Of a stretch of DNA of 64,000 nt, positions 1 to 9,467 are shown in pieces. The position numbers and the translations under genes are program-made. Source of the stretch: Anaeromyxobacteraceae bacterium (GTDB lineage Bacteria; Myxococcota; Myxococcia; Myxococcales; Anaeromyxobacteraceae); the NCBI GenBank assembly GCA_047602405.1, contig JASGHJ010000002.1:992001-1056000 (forward strand), read 5' to 3'. The first letter of the stretch is position 1, and each line of letters begins with the position of its first letter. A model generated the notes under the pieces. That model was not told where the DNA came from. It worked only from the letters and a program-made list of their open reading frames with translations, and made no database searches.

Positions 1-1456
1 CTTCAGCGCGAAGAAGACCATGACGCTCGCGCAGCACCTCTACGAGGGCGTCGACCTCGGCGACGAGGGGCTCGTGGGCCTCGTCTCGTACATGCGGACC
101 GACTCGGTGCGGGTGCCGACCGCGGCGGCGGAGGCGGCGCGCCGCCACGCCGCGGAGCGCTTCGGTGACGGGGCCGTCCCGCCCGTCCCGAACGTCTTCC
201 GGTCGCGCCCCGGGAGCCACGAGGCGCACGAGGCGATCCGCCCGACCTCCATCGAGCGGACGCCGGAGGTGGTGAAGCCGCTCCTCGGCGGCGCGGGCGA
301 GCGCGACCTCTCGCGCCTGTACGCGCTCGTCTGGACCCGCTTCGTCAGCTCGCAGATGACGCCGGCGGTCCTCGAGGACGCGACCGTGGTGCTCTCGGCC
401 GGGCGCTTCGGCCTGCGCGCCGCGGGCGCGGCGGTGCGCACGAAGGGCTGGCTCGCCCTCGCCGGGAAGGACGTCCCCGCGCGCGTGGCCGGCGAGCCGG
501 GGGAGGGCGTTCCGTCGCTCCCGCCGCTGCCGCGGTTCGTGGAAGGCGACGGGCTCGACCTCGTCGACGTCGACGTGGCCGAGCACGTCTCCGCGCCGCC
601 GGAGCGCTACACCGAGGCGTCGCTCGTGCGCGAGATGGAGGAGCGCGGCCTGGGCCGGCCCTCCACCTACGCGGCGGTGCTCGAGACCGTGCAGGAGCGC
701 CACTACGTCGACCGCGACGGCAAGCACCTCGTCCCGACCGAGCTCGGCCGCGAGGTCACGCGGTTCCTCGTCGAGCGCTTCCCGAAGCTCCTCGACGCGG
801 CGTTCACGGCCAGCGTCGAGGCGCGGCTCGACTCGATCGAGGGCGGCGCCGCCGGCTACGAGGAGGTGCTGCGCGAGCTGCACCGGCCCTTCGAGGCGGA
901 GCTCGCGGCGGCGAAGGAGGGCGCGCGCCCGGAGCCGTCGTCGACCGGCGTCCGCTGCCCGCGCTGCAGCCGGCCGATGGTCGTGAAGTCCGGCCGGACC
1001 GGGGAGTTCCTCTCCTGCTCGGGCTACCCGGCCTGCCGCGGCACCCGGAGCTTCCGCCGGGGCCCGCAGGGCGAGATCCAGGTCGAGGAGGAGATCGTCT
1101 CCGACGAGAAGTGCCCCGAGTGCGGCGGCACCATGGCCGTGAAGGGCGGGCGCACGGGGCGCTTCCTGGGCTGCACCCGCTATCCGGCCTGCCGCGGCAC
1201 GCGCGCGCTCTCGATCGGCGTGCCGTGCCCGAAGAGCTGCGGCGGCCAGGTCAGCGAGCGGCGGTCGAAGCAGGGCCGGACCTTCTTCGGCTGCACCACC
1301 TACCCCGCCTGCGACTTCGTCAGCTGGGACCGGCCCCGCGACGAGCCCTGCCCCGAGTGCGGGAACGCCTGGATCGTCGAGAAGCTGTCCCGGACCGGCA
1401 CGCCGATCGTGGCCTGCCCGAACAAGGAATGCGGCTGGCAAAAGCCGCGGGGTTGA
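1..1456 (+). CDS. topA: DNA topoisomerase I, 5'-truncated by the window edge
   Basis: Frame is open from base 2 (FSAKKTMTLAQHLYEG). Has the catalytic motif SYMRTDS, HEAHEAIRPT, GLGRPSTYA and multiple C-terminal Cys4 zinc ribbons. Confidence 0.95.
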   Translation, partial: FSAKKTMTLAQHLYEGVDLGDEGLVGLVSYMRTDSVRVPTAAAEAARRHAAERFGDGAVPPVPNVFRSRPGSHEAHEAIRPTSIERTPEVVKPLLGGAGERDLSRLYALVWTRFVSSQMTPAVLEDATVVLSAGRFGLRAAGAAVRTKGWLALAGKDVPARVAGEPGEGVPSLPPLPRFVEGDGLDLVDVDVAEHVSAPPERYTEASLVREMEERGLGRPSTYAAVLETVQERHYVDRDGKHLVPTELGREVTRFLVERFPKLLDAAFTASVEARLDSIEGGAAGYEEVLRELHRPFEAELAAAKEGARPEPSSTGVRCPRCSRPMVVKSGRTGEFLSCSGYPACRGTRSFRRGPQGEIQVEEEIVSDEKCPECGGTMAVKGGRTGRFLGCTRYPACRGTRALSIGVPCPKSCGGQVSERRSKQGRTFFGCTTYPACDFVSWDRPRDEPCPECGNAWIVEKLSRTGTPIVACPNKECGWQKPRG

Positions 1457-1610
1457 CACCCCGCCAGGCCGCGCGGTAGGAAATTCCCTTGTGTCCACCG
1501 TGCCCTAGCGGCGCGGGCCGACCGGAATCCCGGGAGCGAATCCCCGGAAGCTACAGTCCCGCCACAAGGCTGCCTGACCGCAGCCCCACCCTTGACGAGG
1601 CCGACCGACG

Positions 1611-2267
1611 ATGCACGCGCTCGCTGAGTTCTTCAAGGAAGGTGGACCGTTCATGGTCGTGAACCTGGTGACCAGTGCGGTCGCCATCGCGATCATCGCG
1701 GAGCGCATCATCGCCCTCGCGTTCAAGCTGAACCTGAACGCGGGCCCCTTCATGGAGCAGGTGCAGAAGCTCGTCCTCTCCGGGAACGTCGACCGGGCCG
1801 TGAAGCTCTGCGGCGCCGCGCCGAACGCGGCCCTCTCCAAGGTCATCCGCGCCGGCCTCACCCGCGCGAACCGCGGCGAGCAGGAGGTGGCGCGGGCGCT
1901 CGAGGAGGCGGTGCTGGAGGTGACCCCGTCCCTCGGCAAGCGCATCGGCGCGCTCTGGTCGCTCGCGAACGTCGCGACCCTCGTCGGCCTCATCGGCACC
2001 ATCATCGGCCTCATCGGCACGTTCAAGTCGCTCGAGGCCGCGAGCCCCGAGATGAAGCAGGTCATGCTCTCCCGCGGCATCTCGGAGGCCATGAACAACA
2101 CCGCGTTCGGCCTCTCGATCGCGGTGACCTGCATCGTGGCCCACCTCATGCTGTCCTCGAAGTCGAAGTCGATGATCGAGGACATCGAGTACAACGCCCT
2201 CCGCCTCGAGAACCTGCTGTCGCGGCGCGGCGCGGGCGAGACGAACCCGCTCGAGTCCGCCGGCTAG
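1611..2267 (+). CDS. MotA/TolQ/ExbB proton-channel protein (AglR-like paralogue)
   Basis: Three TM segments, ATLVGLIGTIIGLI and GISEAMNNTAFGL motifs; GAGG upstream. Confidence 0.9.
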   Translation: MHALAEFFKEGGPFMVVNLVTSAVAIAIIAERIIALAFKLNLNAGPFMEQVQKLVLSGNVDRAVKLCGAAPNAALSKVIRAGLTRANRGEQEVARALEEAVLEVTPSLGKRIGALWSLANVATLVGLIGTIIGLIGTFKSLEAASPEMKQVMLSRGISEAMNNTAFGLSIAVTCIVAHLMLSSKSKSMIEDIEYNALRLENLLSRRGAGETNPLESAG

Positions 2268-2291
2268 CGCCTCGCTCGGGAGGGAAGCGCC

Positions 2292-2828
2292 ATGCGGCGT
2301 CGCGTGCACGTCGAGGAGGAGGTGGGCGAGCTCAACATCGTCCCCTACCTCGACATCGTCGTGAACCTCGTCATGTTCATGCTGCTCAGCATGACGGGGC
2401 TCATCAGCCTCGGCGTCCTCAACGTCTCGACGCCCAAGATCGGCGGCGCGGCCTCGGTCACGCAGGCCGACCCGCAGGAGCAGCCGAAGCTCCTCCTCAC
2501 CGTGGCCATCGGCAAGCAGGGCTTCTACGTGGCGGGCGCGGGCGGCGTGCTCGGCGCCGACGCCGCGTCGCCCGACGCGACCCGCCCGCCCACCATCCCG
2601 CTCAAGGGCGGGAAGTACGACTACGAGGCGCTGACCGAGCAGCTCCGGGGCATCAAGGAGAAGTACCCGCAGGAGACCGCGGTGATCCTCTCCGCCGACA
2701 TGGACGTCGTCTACGACATCCTGATCCAGACGATGGACGCCTGCCGCGAGTACACCGCGAAGAAGCCGGACGGCTCCGTCGAGCACAAGGCGATGTTCTA
2801 CGACGTCTCGCTCTCGATGATCGGGTGA
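2292..2828 (+). CDS. ExbD/TolR family protein
   Basis: ELNIVPYLDIVVNLVMFML single TM with the conserved Asp; ILSAD..V.YD motif. Confidence 0.88.
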   Translation: MRRRVHVEEEVGELNIVPYLDIVVNLVMFMLLSMTGLISLGVLNVSTPKIGGAASVTQADPQEQPKLLLTVAIGKQGFYVAGAGGVLGADAASPDATRPPTIPLKGGKYDYEALTEQLRGIKEKYPQETAVILSADMDVVYDILIQTMDACREYTAKKPDGSVEHKAMFYDVSLSMIG

Positions 2829-2834
2829 CCGAGG

Positions 2835-3419
2835 ATGGCCCAGCCCGCCCCCATCTCGAACGAGGAGCAGCTCCGGCGCGACAAGGACGCGCGCAGGTAC
2901 CGGATCGCGCGCCGCAAGGCGCGGGAGGCCGCCGGGGAGATCAAGGAGCTCAACATCACCGCGATGATGGACATGATGACCATCATCCTGGTGTTCCTCC
3001 TGAAGTCCTACTCGGCCTCCGCCATCAACGTGAACATGAGCGACAACCTGGCGATCCCGGTGTCGTCGACCCAGCTCAGCCCGCAGGAGAACATCACCGT
3101 CACCGTCGCCACGAACGAGCTGTCGGTGAACGACAAGGTCGTGCTGCGCGAGGGGATGCAGGGCGGGGTGGTGCCGCCGGCGGCGAAGGAGGGCGGGAAG
3201 GCCGACGCCTTCTACATCGGCGCGCTCTACGACGGGCTGAAGAAGGAAGTCGACAAGCAGAAGTACATCGCCAAGTACAACCGCAACGCGCCGTTCTCCG
3301 GCCGCGTCAACGTGGTCGTCGACAAGAAGGTCCCCTACCGGACGCTCATGGAGGTCCTGTACACGGCGGGCCAGGCCGAGCTCGGCGAGTACAAGTTCAT
3401 GGTGCTGAAGAAGGAGTGA
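2835..3419 (+). CDS. ExbD/TolR family protein (second copy)
   Basis: ELNITAMMDMMTIILVFLLKS TM motif; DKKVPY..LMEVLYTAGQA; GAGGA RBS. Confidence 0.88.
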   Translation: MAQPAPISNEEQLRRDKDARRYRIARRKAREAAGEIKELNITAMMDMMTIILVFLLKSYSASAINVNMSDNLAIPVSSTQLSPQENITVTVATNELSVNDKVVLREGMQGGVVPPAAKEGGKADAFYIGALYDGLKKEVDKQKYIAKYNRNAPFSGRVNVVVDKKVPYRTLMEVLYTAGQAELGEYKFMVLKKE

Positions 3420-3424
3420 CCCGG

Positions 3425-3506
3425 CCGTCCGCCCCGAACGTACCGTCCGCCCCGAGCGTAGCGCCGCCGCAGGCGGCGCGGAGACGAGGGGCGCGGAGAC
3501 GAGGGG
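3425..3506 (+). repeat. REP-like GTAG-hairpin element with duplicated arms (nested copy)
   Basis: CCGTCCGCCCCGA(A/G)CGTA twice, hairpin CGCCGCC-GCA-GGCGGCG, then GGAGACGAGGGG twice. Lies between convergent genes; related copy at 12080-12127. Confidence 0.7.
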
Positions 3507-3512
3507 CCCCCG

Positions 3513-3893
3513 CTACATGGTCGGCGGCTCCGCCGCGGGCGCGAGCGACTGCTCCCGCCGCTCCGCGCACTCGGTGCACAGGAGCGCGTAGGGCAGGGCC
3601 TTCAGCCGCCTGGGATCGATGTCGTTCTCGCAGTCCCGGCACACCCCGTAGTCCCCGGCGTCCACGCGCGTGAGCGCGGCGTCGATCTGCCCGAGCTCCC
3701 GCCGCTGCGCCTCGCCCACGCGCGAGAGCGTGAACGACTCGTGATCGAGCTGCGCGCCCTCCTCGAACTCGGGATCCCGGTCGGCGCTGCGCAGGGCCTC
3801 GATGCCCTCGCCGATGCGGCGGAAGCTCTCGAGGAGCGCGCGGCGGCGATCGCGAAGCACGGTGCGGTGCTGCTCCAGCTGGGTCTCGGTCAC
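3513..3893 (-). CDS. TraR/DksA C4-type zinc finger protein
   Basis: AL.R...[29 protein letters not shown]; start adjusted to GTG at 3893 after a GGAGAGGA RBS. Confidence 0.9.
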   Translation of the reverse strand: MTETQLEQHRTVLRDRRRALLESFRRIGEGIEALRSADRDPEFEEGAQLDHESFTLSRVGEAQRRELGQIDAALTRVDAGDYGVCRDCENDIDPRRLKALPYALLCTECAERREQSLAPAAEPPTM

Positions 3894-4117
3894 GTTGCGT
3901 TCCTCTCCGCGGGGAGCTACATGGAGCGCGCCGGTGCCTCCGTCCCGCCTCGCCCATCCCCTGCACCCGGCGCGCCCGTGCAGCAAGCTGCGCACCGCGG
4001 GTCCCCGGGGCACGCGTCCCCCTGCCTCGAGCCCGCTCCGCGGGCCCGGCGCCCGGGACGGGCGGGGCGGGTCGGCCCTGGAAGGCGCGGCGCCGGGTGG
4101 CCCCTGAAAGGAGCGGC

Positions 4118-5467
4118 ATGGAGCGCGTGACGGTCATCGGTGGTGGGCTCGCGGGCAGCGAGGCCGCGTGGCGCCTCGCCACCGCCGGGGTGCCGGTCGA
4201 GCTCGTCGAGATGAAGCCGGCGAGGCGCTCCCCGGCCCACCTGGGGGACGGGCTCGCCGAGCTCGTCTGCTCGAACTCCCTGCGCTCGGACAACCCCCAG
4301 AACGCGGTCGGGCTGCTCCACGAGGAGCTGCGCCGGCTGGGCAGCCTCGTGCTCGAGGCGGCCGACGCCACCCGGGTCCCCGCCGGGGACGCCCTCGCGG
4401 TCGACCGCGAGCGCTTCAGCGCCTTCATCACCGGCCGCCTCGCCGCCCACCCGCTCGTCACCCGCACCGCCCGCGAGGTGACCGCGCTCCCGGCCGGCCC
4501 GGCCCCGGCCATCGTCGCGACCGGCCCGCTCACGGCCGACGCGCTCGCCGCCGAGCTCGCGGCGCTCGCCGGCGGCCGGCTGCACTTCTACGACGCGATC
4601 GCGCCCATCGTCTCCGCCGACTCCATCGACATGGAGATCGCCTACGCGAAGAGCCGCTACGGGAAGGGCTCCGGCGACGACTACCTGAACCTGCCGATGG
4701 ACGAGGCGCAGTACCGTGCGTTCGTCGAGGCGCTGCGCGCGGGCGAGAAGGTCCCCGCCCACGACTTCGAGGAGCCGAGGTACTTCGAGGGCTGCCTGCC
4801 GATCGAGGTGATGGCGGACCGCGGCGACGAGGTGCTCTCGCACGGGCCGATGAAGCCGGTCGGCCTCGAGGACCCGCGCACGGGCCGCCGCCCGCACGCG
4901 GTGGTGCAACTGCGCCGGGAGGACGTCGCCGGCACCGCCTGGAACCTGGTCGGCTTCCAGACCCGGCTCACCTGGACGGAGCAGCGCCGCATCCTCCGCG
5001 CGTTCGTGCCGGGGCTCGCGAACGCCGAGTTCGTCCGGCTCGGGCAAATCCACCGGAACACCTTCGTGGACGCGCCGCGGGTGCTCGCGCCGGACCTCTC
5101 GCTCCGGGAGCGGCCGCACCTGTTCCTGGCCGGGCAGATCACCGGCGTCGAGGGCTACGTCGAGTCCGCCGCGTGCGGGCACGTCGCGGCGCGCGCGGTG
5201 CTCGACCGGCTCGCCGGCCGATCCTTCGCGCCGCCGCCGGCCGCGACCGCGCTCGGGGCGCTGCACCGCCACCTCACCGGCGAGGCGCACCCGCCGGGGC
5301 ACGCCCACCAGCCCTCGAACGTCGTGTTCGCGCTCTTCCCGCCGCTTCAGGGTAAGTTCCGTGGCAAGGAGGCCCGCAAGCTCGCGTACGTCGAGCGGGC
5401 CCGGAGGGAGCTCTCGCCATGGCTCGAGGTTCCGTCACTGGCCGCGCGGCAGCCCGCGCCGGCCTGA
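4118..5467 (+). CDS. trmFO: FADH2/folate-dependent tRNA (uracil-54) methyltransferase TrmFO (Gid)
   Basis: [46 protein letters not shown] motifs; ATG at 4118 with AAGGAG RBS. Confidence 0.95.
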   Translation: MERVTVIGGGLAGSEAAWRLATAGVPVELVEMKPARRSPAHLGDGLAELVCSNSLRSDNPQNAVGLLHEELRRLGSLVLEAADATRVPAGDALAVDRERFSAFITGRLAAHPLVTRTAREVTALPAGPAPAIVATGPLTADALAAELAALAGGRLHFYDAIAPIVSADSIDMEIAYAKSRYGKGSGDDYLNLPMDEAQYRAFVEALRAGEKVPAHDFEEPRYFEGCLPIEVMADRGDEVLSHGPMKPVGLEDPRTGRRPHAVVQLRREDVAGTAWNLVGFQTRLTWTEQRRILRAFVPGLANAEFVRLGQIHRNTFVDAPRVLAPDLSLRERPHLFLAGQITGVEGYVESAACGHVAARAVLDRLAGRSFAPPPAATALGALHRHLTGEAHPPGHAHQPSNVVFALFPPLQGKFRGKEARKLAYVERARRELSPWLEVPSLAARQPAPA

Positions 5468-7044
5468 TCGCCGCCTTCGCCCTCGCGGGCGCGGCGGCGT
5501 GCACGCGGTCCGAGCCCGGCGGCGCCACGGGCGCGACCGGCGGTGCCGCGTCGCCGGCCGGCCGGCGCGTCGCCGGGACCGACGCGCGCACCCTCGCGGC
5601 CTCGCCCGACGGCGCGTGGCTCGCGTACCGCGAGGGCTGCCGCGAGGCGCGCGGCCAGTTCCTTCCCCCGGGCACCGCGAGCTGCGACCTGAGGGTGGTG
5701 CCCTCGGCCGGCGGCGAGGCGGTGAAGGTCGGCGTCGCGGTCACCACGCTCCCGCACGCGGTCGCCTGGCACCCGGCGGCGCCGCTCCTCGCCTTCCTCG
5801 GCGACTACGACTACGTGGCCGGCACCGGGAAGCTCCAGCTCTCGTCCGCGGGCGCCGGGCCGACCGTGGTGGCCGACGGCGTCGGCTTCTTCGGCTTCGT
5901 GCCGGGCGCGGGCGCGCCGAGGGTCGCCGCGCTCTCCGGCGGCAAGCTCCTCCTCGCGGGCGCGGGCCAGGACGCGGCCGCGGTGCCGGGCGCCGAGGGG
6001 CTCACCTCCTTCGAGCTCAACCCCGGCCCGGGGGCGGAGGGGCCGGGCGTCGCCGCGCTGCTCCGGCGGCCCGCGAGGACCGGCGGCGCGCTCCTCGCGC
6101 AGGGGCGCGACGGCAAGGTGCGCGAGCTCGCCGCGTCCGCCGGCGACTACGCCTTCGCCGCGGGCGGCGGGGCGTACGCCTTCGGCGTCCAGGGCAAGGA
6201 GGGCTACGACCTCCAGGTGGTCGTCGGCGCGGGCGGGCCGAGGCTCGCGGGCCGGGCGGTGCGGAGCTTCGCGTTCTCGCCCGACGGCAAGGCGCTCGCG
6301 TTCGTCGAGGGCGCGCGGCCGGGCAAGCAGGGTGATTCCCGGGCCGGGCCGGTCGGCGGGCCCTGGGAGCTCCTCGGGAAGGACGTCGGCGAGTTCGGCT
6401 GGGCGCGCGGCGCGGAGCGGCTCGCGTGGCTCGAGGCCTACGACGCGCGGGTGCGGTCCGGCACCGCCGCGGCGGGCGGCCCGGGCGCGCCCCGGCGCGC
6501 CTTCGGCAAGTCGGTCACCGACCTCGAGCTCTCGCCCGACGGGCGGTGGGTCGCGTACGTGCAGCACACCAGCCGGGGCGGCTACTCCGTGGATTCGTGG
6601 GTCGCGCCGGTCGACGGCGCGGCCCCCGCCGCGCAGGTCGCGACGGGCGTCTTCGGCTTCTCGTTCTCGCCCGACTCGCGCTGGCTCTACTACCGGACCC
6701 GCTGCGTGCGGAACGCGGAGGCGTGCGACCTCGAGCGGGTCCCGTCCGCCGGGCGCGACGCGGGGAAGGCGCCGGACGTGCTCGCCCAGGGGCTGAAGAG
6801 CTTCGAGTTCGACGCCCGCGATCCCGACCGCCTGCTCCTCGGATGGCAGCGCATGGACCGGGCTGCGCTCGACGTGGGCGTGCTCGAGCACGGCAAGCTC
6901 GTGAGGGTCGACACGCTGGTGCAGCCCGGCACCGCGATGCTGCTCGGCCCGGACTCCCGGCGCCTCGCCTACGTGGTCGTCGACCCGAAGCGCGCCGGCG
7001 TGTGGGTCGCCGACCTCGCGGCCGCCGCCGCGGCGGCGCGGTAG
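5419..7044 (+). CDS. aglU: TolB/PD40 beta-propeller lipoprotein, AglU-like
   Basis: Lipobox-like GAAAC and repeated F/LSPDG motifs. Lies directly downstream of trmFO/gid, as recalled for Myxococcus aglU (synteny-based naming). Confidence 0.6.
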   Translation: MARGSVTGRAAARAGLIAAFALAGAAACTRSEPGGATGATGGAASPAGRRVAGTDARTLAASPDGAWLAYREGCREARGQFLPPGTASCDLRVVPSAGGEAVKVGVAVTTLPHAVAWHPAAPLLAFLGDYDYVAGTGKLQLSSAGAGPTVVADGVGFFGFVPGAGAPRVAALSGGKLLLAGAGQDAAAVPGAEGLTSFELNPGPGAEGPGVAALLRRPARTGGALLAQGRDGKVRELAASAGDYAFAAGGGAYAFGVQGKEGYDLQVVVGAGGPRLAGRAVRSFAFSPDGKALAFVEGARPGKQGDSRAGPVGGPWELLGKDVGEFGWARGAERLAWLEAYDARVRSGTAAAGGPGAPRRAFGKSVTDLELSPDGRWVAYVQHTSRGGYSVDSWVAPVDGAAPAAQVATGVFGFSFSPDSRWLYYRTRCVRNAEACDLERVPSAGRDAGKAPDVLAQGLKSFEFDARDPDRLLLGWQRMDRAALDVGVLEHGKLVRVDTLVQPGTAMLLGPDSRRLAYVVVDPKRAGVWVADLAAAAAAAR

Positions 7045-7045
7045 G

Positions 7046-7540
7046 TCAGAGCGCGCTCGGCTTGCGCGAGGGTGCCGGCGCGTCCGGCGCGTCCGCGTCC
7101 GGCACCGCGCGCACGAGGCACGGCACCGTCGCGGGGCAGAGCCCCTCGAACTGGCGCGAGGTCCTCACCGGGGCCGGCACGGCCGCGCGGTCCACCCGGC
7201 GCCAGCCGCGCGCCGCGAAGAAGGGCTCGGCGGTCCCGGTGAGGAGGTAGAGGTCGCGCAGGTGCAGCTTGCGCGCGCGCTCGAGGGCGCGCGTGGTGAG
7301 GGCGCTCCCGACGCCCCGCCCCCGCCAGGGCTCCGCGACGGCGAGCGAGCGCAGGAGCGCGTCCTTCCCGTGCCCCTCGAGCGCCACCACGCCGGCGAGC
7401 GTCGCCCCGTCCCAGGCCGCGAGCAACAGCTGCGCCCCGTAGCTCACGTCCTCCGACGGGAGGCCCGAGGCCGCGAGGAGGGCGCGCACGGCGGGCACGT
7501 CGCCGGGCGCGGCGTCGCGGTAGGTGAGGGGGGCGGTCAT
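7046..7540 (-). CDS. arsN2: GNAT acetyltransferase, ArsN2 family
   Basis: LLAASGLP.ED, ALLRSLAV..WRGRGVG, LYLLT.TAE.FF and QF.GLCP motifs; start adjusted to ATG at 7540, overlapping the marR stop. Confidence 0.75.
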   Translation of the reverse strand: MTAPLTYRDAAPGDVPAVRALLAASGLPSEDVSYGAQLLLAAWDGATLAGVVALEGHGKDALLRSLAVAEPWRGRGVGSALTTRALERARKLHLRDLYLLTGTAEPFFAARGWRRVDRAAVPAPVRTSRQFEGLCPATVPCLVRAVPDADAPDAPAPSRKPSAL

Positions 7541-7995
7541 CGGGCGCTCCGGGGCTTCACGGGGTCGGCGCCGGCGCGCAGCGCCCCGGCGAGCGCGCCG
7601 AGGGCGGCGCGGAGGGCGGTGCGGTCGCCGGGCGGGACGCGCCCGAGCACGCGCTCGGCGTGGGCGTCGAGGTCCCGCTCGAGCGCCTCGGCGCGGCGCT
7701 TCCCGGGCGCCGAGAGCGCGAGCACGACCTCCCGCGCGTCCGCGCCGGCCTGCCGCGCGAGGAGCCCCTCCCGGCCCAGCTCCGCGGCGCCCCGGCTCAC
7801 CCAGCCCTTGTGCACGCCGAGGCGCGCGGCGAGGGCCGTGACGGTGGCGGGCCCGTGGCGCAGGAGCTCGGTGAGGAGGTGGCACTGGGCGACGGTGACG
7901 CCCTGGCAGGCGACCGCGTCCCGCTGCGCGCGCGCGTGGAGGCGGACCACCTCGCGGAGGAGCGCGCCGGCCGGTTCGTTGCGAGTCGCAACCAT
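7537..7995 (-). CDS. MarR family transcriptional regulator
   Basis: VTVAQCHLLTEL, wHTH TVTALAARLGVHKGWVSR, DAREVVLALSAPG; start adjusted to ATG at 7995. Confidence 0.88.
   Translation of the reverse strand: MVATRNEPAGALLREVVRLHARAQRDAVACQGVTVAQCHLLTELLRHGPATVTALAARLGVHKGWVSRGAAELGREGLLARQAGADAREVVLALSAPGKRRAEALERDLDAHAERVLGRVPPGDRTALRAALGALAGALRAGADPVKPRSAR
7978..7992. promoter_or_regulatory. Putative MarR operator GTTGC-N5-GCAAC (copy 1)
   Basis: GTTGCGA-G-TCGCAAC inverted repeat immediately inside the marR start. Confidence 0.65.
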
Positions 7996-8031
7996 GTCGC
8001 CAGCCTGCCGGATCCCGGGGCCGGCCGTCAA

Positions 8032-8046
8032 GTTGCGCATGGCAAC
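8032..8046. promoter_or_regulatory. Putative MarR operator GTTGC-N5-GCAAC (copy 2)
   Basis: GTTGCGCATGGCAAC abutting a minus-strand TTGACG -35-like box at 8026-8031. Confidence 0.65.
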
Positions 8047-8077
8047 GAAGGCCGGTTCCGGCTACCTTCCGCCCCGC

Positions 8078-8365
8078 ATGCGCGTCGTCCGCATCCAGGG
8101 CTGCCTGCCCACGCTCCTCGCCGCGCTCGCGGTGGTGGGGCTGCTCGCCTTCGCGTTCACGTTCGGCGCGGTGGTCTTCCTGGCCGCCGCCACCGTCGCG
8201 GTCGTGGGCGGGATCGTCCGCGCCCTGTCCGGCGCGGGCCGGCCCCCCGCTCCTCCGCCCCCTCGCCCGCCCTCGCCGGGCGCCGCCCGCGACATGGTGG
8301 TCGAGGTGGAGGGCGGGACGCGGGCGCCGGCCGGTGGCGAGCCGCCGCGGTTGCCACCGGGGTAG
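8078..8365 (+). CDS. Small membrane protein (two TM segments, Pro-rich tail)
   Basis: MRVVRIQGCLPTLLAALAVVGLLAFAF...; host-like codon usage; start adjusted. Confidence 0.6.
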   Translation: MRVVRIQGCLPTLLAALAVVGLLAFAFTFGAVVFLAAATVAVVGGIVRALSGAGRPPAPPPPRPPSPGAARDMVVEVEGGTRAPAGGEPPRLPPG

Positions 8366-8392
8366 GGGACGTGCGGGCGGGGGAGGGAGGGC

Positions 8393-9091
8393 TCACGCCT
8401 CCGGCTCGTCGTCCTCGCCGCCGGGCCACAGGTCCCGCGCCAGGAAGAAGCCGTACCCGGCCCCGACGTACGCCGCGAACAGCAAGGTGAACGCGATGGC
8501 GCGCGGTGAGGCGAGGGCGGACGCGAGGTCTGCGAGCACCGGCGCGGGCCGGAGCAGCGCGTCCCAGCTGTTCCAGCGCTCGAACCGGCCGAGGTACACG
8601 CCCAGCCCCGCGAGGAGCACCACGCCCGCGACCGCGGTGGCGGCCAGGCGGCGCCCCACGACCGTCACGATCCGCCGGTGCACGCGCGCGAGCGAGTCCC
8701 ACCCGAGCACCGAGCCGGCGAGCCCGAACGTCGAGAAGAGGACCACGTCGTACAGGTGCGGCACGCCGTGGCGATCGCGCAGGTGCACGAGGTCGGTCAC
8801 GAGGTAGGGTGCGTTCGGCAGGAAGAGGAGCCAGAGCCCGCCGGCCGCGAAGGCGAGCAACCGCGAGCGCGCGGAGGTCGCCGCGAGGGACGCGACCCAC
8901 GGCACGAGCGCGAGGAAGAGGTTCCAGGGGAGGAACAGCAGGTCCGGCCCGGCCCGCCACGCGCGCGCCGTCCAGAGCGCCGCGGCGAGGAGCGGCAGGC
9001 CCAGCACCGCGGCCATCCGGACACGCGAGGGCGGGGCCGGGGACACACGGCCGTCCCGCACGAGGCGCAAGTTCGCGGAGGCTCTCATCAT
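8393..9091 (-). CDS. DUF1361 family membrane protein
   Basis: FLPWNLFLALVP, WLLFLPNAPYLVTDLVHL and GVYLGRFERWNSWD motifs. Confidence 0.85.
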   Translation of the reverse strand: MMRASANLRLVRDGRVSPAPPSRVRMAAVLGLPLLAAALWTARAWRAGPDLLFLPWNLFLALVPWVASLAATSARSRLLAFAAGGLWLLFLPNAPYLVTDLVHLRDRHGVPHLYDVVLFSTFGLAGSVLGWDSLARVHRRIVTVVGRRLAATAVAGVVLLAGLGVYLGRFERWNSWDALLRPAPVLADLASALASPRAIAFTLLFAAYVGAGYGFFLARDLWPGGEDDEPEA

Positions 9092-9219
9092 CGCCAGGGT
9101 CGACCTCGAGACTCGAAACGCACCGCATCCAGCACAGCAAGGAGCGTACCCGACCCCCGGACGGGGCGGTCGGACGCGCCCCGCGGCAGGGGCGCCCCCG
9201 TTCCCGCTAGCAACCCACG

Positions 9220-9467
9220 ATGCTCATCCGCGCTTCCCTCGCCGCCATCGCGCTGGCAAGGCGCAGCAGACGGTGACCGACGCCTATCTCGCGGCGCTGC
9301 CCTCGCGCGGAGCGTTCAAGGCGCGGCTCGCCGAGCCGGGGGACTTCGAGAGGTTCGGGCTGCCCGTCCGGCGGGGCGCCCGCACGTTCGCCGAGTACAT
9401 GCCCGGGATCCTGAACCAGGATCTCCTGCGCGTGGAGGACCGCGCGGGCGCGACGGCGCGGCCGCGT
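9220..9467 (+). pseudogene. Fragment of a prolyl oligopeptidase (S9A) gene
   Basis: Signal-like MLIRASLAAIALA joined out of frame to KAQQTVTDAYLAALPSRGAFKARL..DFERFGLPVRRG...GILNQ, which resembles the N-terminus of S9A enzymes. Truncated at the end of the convergent gene. Confidence 0.6.

Noticed and set aside
1520..1580. c-di-GMP (GEMM) riboswitch-like words AAGCTACAG...GGCTGCC upstream of the tolQ-like gene
   Set aside because: No GNRA-capped P2 stem or GCAAA motifs; TACAGT is more simply a -10 box.
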